From an uncultured Acidobacteriota bacterium (GTDB taxonomy: Bacteria; Acidobacteriota; UBA6911), in NCBI GenBank assembly GCA_963809485.1, contig CAWEJX010000020.1, forward strand, positions 736,001 to 800,000: a stretch of DNA of 64,000 nt, written 5' to 3'. Shown piece by piece: positions 59,117-64,000 of the stretch. The notes beneath the pieces are model-generated. The model was not told where the DNA came from, searched no databases, and saw only the letters and a program-made list of their open reading frames with translations. Positions within the stretch are counted from its first letter, which is position 1. Every line of letters starts with the position of its first letter. A program made the position numbers and the translations under genes.

Positions 59117-59674
59117 CTAGGAGACCGGCTTTTTCCCGGCCAGGATCAGCTCGGCGTTGTAAACCTTTTTCTGGACTTCCTTTGCCAAAGCCCTGGCTTT
59201 TATCAGGTCCCCTTCGTTCATCAGCCTATCAATGGAAATGCTTCCCTCTTCCACTTCGGCAGCGATAGGCGCGATCTGTTTTACCACCCTGGGAACCACT
59301 CTGCCGCTATCCATGGCAGTCTTGACTTTGGCGAATCGCTCGCCGATCGTTAACTGCATTTCGGCGATTTCCTTGGCAATACCTTCACCATTTGCCCTGG
59401 CAATAGTGGCTGCCTTCTCAAATCTGGATTTGGCCCTGAGATAGAGGGTTTTTGCAGGCTTTTTTTCCGCAACCGCCGATTGTGCCTGCTCCCAGGTTAG
59501 CATCGCTTCCTTATAATTTGAGGGCGCGAGGTCTTCTGCATGAACACTGTTGGCCTGATCCATTGCCGTCTGGGCTGCCTTGATTTCTGCTTCAGGATTT
59601 TGATAGCCGCAGCCGTAACAGACAAGCAGAACCAGCAGGCCGCAACCAACAAAAAATCGACTCGATTTTCTCAT
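59117..59674 (-). CDS. putative lipoprotein (helical)
   Basis: Lipobox-like YGC after a hydrophobic leader; GGAGG RBS. Confidence 0.75.
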   Translation of the reverse strand: MRKSSRFFVGCGLLVLLVCYGCGYQNPEAEIKAAQTAMDQANSVHAEDLAPSNYKEAMLTWEQAQSAVAEKKPAKTLYLRAKSRFEKAATIARANGEGIAKEIAEMQLTIGERFAKVKTAMDSGRVVPRVVKQIAPIAAEVEEGSISIDRLMNEGDLIKARALAKEVQKKVYNAELILAGKKPVS

Positions 59675-59858
59675 TATTGACCCTCCCTTGATTTTTTCCG
59701 GATTAAGCCTATCTTAACACCAAGATTTCGAGGCGCAAAGCCTCTCGCTGCCTATAAAATAGTTTATCAGGAAGGGCAGAATCCCCAAAACAGGATGATC
59801 CCCTCGAGGGGCGGCTGCATCTTATGCTATGAATATGGAACGGAGCAGATCAATTTCC

Positions 59859-60878
59859 ATGAATATCAAGCTTCCCGTCGCGTTCTTCCTCGGTCTTTCC
59901 CTTCTATGGGGACTCCCGGCAGAAAAGAAATCCGGGAAAAAGCCCGAAGACGACCAGACAATACGCGTGAATGTTGAGATGGTCTCGCTCCCGGTCGTGG
60001 TGACAACCCGGGACGGGAAGCGCATCACCGATCTCCAGCAGCAGGATTTCCAGGTCTTTGAGGATGGCATGCGGCAGGAGATTGCGGGATTTGCCGCAAC
60101 GGATGAGCCTCTGGAAATCGCTCTCCTGCTGGACACCAGCGGAAGCACCGAACTGCAGTTGGCCAGGATACAGAACGCCGCCATCGATTTTGTGAACCAG
60201 CTGCATCCCGACGATGAAGTCGCGGTGATTTCATTTGCCGAGGATATCAAGCTTCAGCAGGATTTCACAATCGATCGGGACAGAAACGAGTACGGCATCA
60301 AAAAGACCAGGCCGGGCGGGTGCACGGTTGAATTCGAAGCCGTCTGGCTGGCCCTGGAGGAAGTGCTCAAGCCTATCAAAGAAAGAAAAGCCCTGGTGCT
60401 TTTCACCGATGGGGTGGATACGTGCAGCCGCAAGGCAAATGAGAGGGAGACCCTCGAGCTGGCAAAAGAAACTCAGGCGACCATCTATTGTGTCTACTAC
60501 AACACAGAATACGACCAGTACCGCACAAGGACCCGAACCACCGGGGGTTATCCGGTGCCTCAATTCCCTCCCGTGATTGTCAATCCCCTTCCCCCCATAT
60601 CGGGGGGGCCGGGCTCCACTACCCCGGAGCACCAGGCGGGGCGGCAATACCTTTCCAAACTGGCGGAATACAGCGGCGGTCTGGTTTTCGACGGCATGGA
60701 GGATCTGAGTTACGCTTTCGCCCAGGTTGCGAAGGAGCTGGCGAGCCAGTACAGCATCGGATACTATTCCACCAACAACAAGCACGACGGGAAGTTCCGC
60801 AAGGTGGAGATAAAAATGAATAAGCCGGATCTCAGGGCGCGAACCAAGAAAGGCTATTTTGCAAAAAAAGACAAGTGA
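59859..60878 (+). CDS. VWA domain protein (Acidobacteria-type)
   Basis: Signal peptide; V.V.V....G..I.DL...DF.VFEDG, LLLDTSGS MIDAS motif, FTDGVD and EL.SQYSIGY. Confidence 0.88.
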   Translation: MNIKLPVAFFLGLSLLWGLPAEKKSGKKPEDDQTIRVNVEMVSLPVVVTTRDGKRITDLQQQDFQVFEDGMRQEIAGFAATDEPLEIALLLDTSGSTELQLARIQNAAIDFVNQLHPDDEVAVISFAEDIKLQQDFTIDRDRNEYGIKKTRPGGCTVEFEAVWLALEEVLKPIKERKALVLFTDGVDTCSRKANERETLELAKETQATIYCVYYNTEYDQYRTRTRTTGGYPVPQFPPVIVNPLPPISGGPGSTTPEHQAGRQYLSKLAEYSGGLVFDGMEDLSYAFAQVAKELASQYSIGYYSTNNKHDGKFRKVEIKMNKPDLRARTKKGYFAKKDK

Positions 60879-61151
60879 TCCGGATCGCCCGTGTTTCGGC
60901 GAACCGGCGCCCAGGAATCCGGCCGTCCATGACGCAACAGAATCCCTCCCAGTTCTTCGAATCCGGGCTTTAAAAGGCCCGGCTGCATTCATCCGGCTGC
61001 GACGCGGCCTGTTCCTGGCATTTCGAACAAAAGGACGCCGACCATTGTTTTGGGGATCAGTGAGTCAGCGTTTTGAGCGCATCTGTTAGAAGTACGCTCA
61101 ATTGGGGGAACGCATTCGGGAGCCAAACGACCGGCTGGAGGGAGGCGTGAG

Positions 61152-62420
61152 GTGAAAAGCAGACCTAATTCTGAACCGAAATCCCGGATTCCACGAAACC
61201 TTCTGGCGGTCAGCCTTGGTTCCTTCTTTACCGACATATCATCCGAGATGATGGTCCATCTGCTCCCTCTCTTTCTGACCAATGTGCTCGGCGCCAAAAC
61301 AGCGGTGGTCGGACTTATCGAGGGCGTTGCGGAAACCACAGCCAGTCTGACGAAGCTGTTTTCCGGCTGGCTGTCCGACAAGCTGGGCAAACGCAAAGGA
61401 TTGACCGTTCTGGGGTATTCGATCTCGGCAGTTGCTAAGCCGCTCTTCCTGCTGGCCACCACCTGGCCGCTGGTGCTGGTCCTTCGCTTTGCCGACCGCC
61501 TGGGGAAAGGGATTCGAACCGCCCCGCGTGACGCGCTGGTAGCGGATTCCGTTCCCATGGAAAACCGCGGCTTCGGATTCGGCCTGCACCGCGCCGCAGA
61601 TACCGCGGGAGCAACCGTTGGGCTGGCGATTGCCGCTGCCGTCGCCTATGCGGCAGGCCCGGCGGCGATCAGCCTGAGGGCCGATACTTTCCGCCATATA
61701 ATCTGGCTGAGCATCCTGCCTGCCGCGCTTGGTGTTGCAAGCCTGATCCTTCTCGCACGCGATGTTCCAGCCGCGCCCAAAGCGAAATCTGCCGCGCAAC
61801 CGGTCTCTCCGGGGCGAATGGCTCCCGGAAAGCGGCTCAGTCCGCGGATCAGAGGATTTTTCGTGGTGGCGGCGCTCTTCACTCTCGGCAACTCATCCGA
61901 TTCCTTCCTGGTCCTTCGTGCACAGGATCGCGGGCTAAGCGTATTCCATGTGATGCTCGCCATTTTTGTTTTCAATTTGGTCTATGCTATTGCGTCCACG
62001 CCGGCAGGACTGCATTCGGACAGGGTCGGGCGCAGCAAAGTACTGGTTTACGGCTGGTTGACTTACGGGCTGGTGTATCTCGGATTCGCCATGGCTTTTG
62101 CCTCCTGGCACATATGGATCCTTTATGCGCTTTACGGGCTGTACTATGCGATGGTTGAGGGGACCGCCCGCGCCTATGTAGCCGATCTCTCCCCGGCGGA
62201 AAGCCGCGGCACAGCCTATGGAATTTACAATGCTTCGGTCGGAATCATGGCGTTTCCGGCTTCCCTCATCGGCGGCATATTGTGGCAGGGAGCTTTCGGC
62301 TGGCCGGGATTGGGCGCGCGCGCTCCTTTCCTGTTCGGTTCGGGGATGGCAATCGTGGCTGTTTTGCTTCTGACCTTCTGGCTGCCTCGATTGCCCGTAG
62401 AGCAGCCCAGGAAGGGATAG
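61152..62420 (+). CDS. MFS transporter
   Basis: About 12 hydrophobic segments; G.LSDK.G.RK, DRLGKGIRTAPRDAL and FGLHRA.DT.GA motifs. Confidence 0.92.
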   Translation: MKSRPNSEPKSRIPRNLLAVSLGSFFTDISSEMMVHLLPLFLTNVLGAKTAVVGLIEGVAETTASLTKLFSGWLSDKLGKRKGLTVLGYSISAVAKPLFLLATTWPLVLVLRFADRLGKGIRTAPRDALVADSVPMENRGFGFGLHRAADTAGATVGLAIAAAVAYAAGPAAISLRADTFRHIIWLSILPAALGVASLILLARDVPAAPKAKSAAQPVSPGRMAPGKRLSPRIRGFFVVAALFTLGNSSDSFLVLRAQDRGLSVFHVMLAIFVFNLVYAIASTPAGLHSDRVGRSKVLVYGWLTYGLVYLGFAMAFASWHIWILYALYGLYYAMVEGTARAYVADLSPAESRGTAYGIYNASVGIMAFPASLIGGILWQGAFGWPGLGARAPFLFGSGMAIVAVLLLTFWLPRLPVEQPRKG

Positions 62421-62523
62421 CCCCGCTCGGTTTTCACTGAGTTTCGGCTTCGGCAGGTGATAAAGCAGTATTGTTTATCGGGCAGGCTGTGAATCCCTTT
62501 GGATATAGTGCTCGGGAGTTACT

Positions 62524-63762
62524 ATGCTACTAATCGACAGTTTCATTCATCGAACCTCCCTGTCTGAATTGATTGCCCGTTGGATGATCGGCAGGATTGC
62601 GCCAGGCGACGTAATGCGGCTGAAAAGCATCATCAATTTTAACGGTTATATCGCGAGGCTCTGGATCGACTGGTTTGCCCGCGACCTGCTGGAGAGATTC
62701 CACGGGGTTGTGCCCGTGCGCCTTCCAGTAAGCACCAAGGGGCAGCTCAAAGATTTTGCGATTTCGCATCCCCGGTACACAACAGCGCGAATCGAGCAGA
62801 TGAGGCTCGCATACGGCCGATTCCCGGAGGATTACTATCGGGACACTCCGATCGATGGTGTGCTCTATGCCGCAGCATTTGGGGACAGGCAGGAGTTCGT
62901 CGGCTCTTCCCGCATAAAGCGGTTCCGCAGGATCGCCGAGAAGGGATCGCGAAGGATCGTCGACTTCATGCTGGACCGCATCCGCGCCAACGCCGATCTC
63001 CTGGCCGATGAGCGCGCGCACAGTCTCGGCATATCCAGGGATCAACTCATTACCTCTCCCGAGATGATGGCCGAGGAGTTCAGTCACGCGGAGAGGCGCA
63101 TTCTGAAAAGCATCAAGAATGGAGCATTCCGGCCCGATCCGCTCTCGCTGTCGATCCCGGATGTGGCAGGCGTAAAAATTATCGTCGAGCCCCCGGAGCA
63201 CGAACGCTTCCGCGAGCTTGTCATCCGGATGCCGGGCATTGCAATCACGGAAGAAGAGCGCCATGCCGGCGACTACAACGCCACCAATTTTAGGCTCATC
63301 TATTCCTTGCCAAAGGAGCGGCTGCTCGCCGAACCGTTGAGTGACGCGTATTTGCGCGTGCTTGCATACCGCGGTTTCGACAAAGCCGAAGTGAGCCATC
63401 AATACCGGGATTTTATCGAAAAGGGCGAGAACGAAGTAGGCTTCGAAATGATTGTCGCAAACTACCAGGAGTTCCTCGAGTCCGAGATCGGACAAAGCAT
63501 GCATGAGGAGCGGATCCAGGCGCAAAGATCCCACCGCGATTACAACGGCCACCTGGCGACCAATATCCGGTTTTTGATGGAATTTATGCTGTCTCTGTGC
63601 CGCTCTCCCTGGTGCACGGACCTGGAGGAGGTACCGGTCAAACTATGGGTGAAATATATGCCCGATTCCATAGAACGCGCCAAGCGCAAACTGTATTTCC
63701 CGGAAGAATACTTTTACGATACGGCGGATTGGGTGTGGGGAACGGAAACCGGAAAAGGGTAA
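62524..63762 (+). CDS. hypothetical protein with RelA/SpoT-like nucleotidyltransferase motifs
   Basis: IPDVAGVKII, DYNATN and FEMIV resemble D..G.R.., GY...H and E.Q.R in order. Confidence 0.6.
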   Translation: MLLIDSFIHRTSLSELIARWMIGRIAPGDVMRLKSIINFNGYIARLWIDWFARDLLERFHGVVPVRLPVSTKGQLKDFAISHPRYTTARIEQMRLAYGRFPEDYYRDTPIDGVLYAAAFGDRQEFVGSSRIKRFRRIAEKGSRRIVDFMLDRIRANADLLADERAHSLGISRDQLITSPEMMAEEFSHAERRILKSIKNGAFRPDPLSLSIPDVAGVKIIVEPPEHERFRELVIRMPGIAITEEERHAGDYNATNFRLIYSLPKERLLAEPLSDAYLRVLAYRGFDKAEVSHQYRDFIEKGENEVGFEMIVANYQEFLESEIGQSMHEERIQAQRSHRDYNGHLATNIRFLMEFMLSLCRSPWCTDLEEVPVKLWVKYMPDSIERAKRKLYFPEEYFYDTADWVWGTETGKG

Positions 63763-63830
63763 AGTACAGAAGCCGGGCTGATTCCTACACGGACATGCAT
63801 TAACTCAAAGCCTCAAAGGCTCAACGGTTT

Positions 63831-64000
63831 TTAGTAGCAGAGGTATTCGTTCGCCTTCATGAGACGGATTCCGGCCTTCCCGATCTCCCGGAGACTCCGA
63901 ATTCTTGTGTTTTTTCGCTGTTCCAGGATCCTGCCTACGGTAATCTCACCCAGGCCGGGAACCCTCAAGAGCTGGTTTTTGGCAGCTTTGTTGATATTGA
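63831..64000 (-). CDS. C-terminal end of a helix-hairpin-helix protein (putative DNA-repair radical SAM type), partial
   Basis: NINKAAKNQLLRVPGLGEITVGRILEQRK...EYLCY* (manual translation). Confidence 0.65.
   Translation of the reverse strand, partial: NINKAAKNQLLRVPGLGEITVGRILEQRKNTRIRSLREIGKAGIRLMKANEYLCY

Overview
GC-rich bacterial chromosome segment, probably from an anaerobic Acidobacteriota-like organism. This is an inference from the VWA-domain protein, the 'VPFAF..G..LPAGEY' secreted protein and the kinase N-terminus. The left ~27 kb is mostly housekeeping: a split pyr cluster, UDG, amidase, GT2, nadE-pncB, pcm, nadA-nadC with two NadQ-like operators, a 2-hydroxyacyl-CoA dehydratase/activase-type pair, mscL, ABC-F and queC. 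From 28 to 50 kb is accessory: a Mo/W-bisPGD enzyme, an AOR-family enzyme with a Tat-signal ferredoxin, a nitroreductase, cupins, a malate locus, mobile-element debris and a small islet at tRNA-Ser(GCT). The malate locus has one canonical MDH, one active-site-degenerate MDH, a degenerate MaeB and a nucleotidyltransferase. The right end is housekeeping again (gltX, pdxJ, rsmI, gatCA, ribF, a 6S-like RNA). Three observations stand out. (1) A crotonase-fold gene has an in-frame TGA followed by a SECIS-like hairpin and has lost both canonical catalytic Glu residues, making it a candidate selenoenzyme. (2) The malate locus may be a pseudoenzyme/NTase module. (3) Three ~400-bp non-autonomous IS200-type elements carry a giant hairpin whose 45-bp core is inverted in one copy. 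All calls come from motif recognition by eye; no database searches were run.
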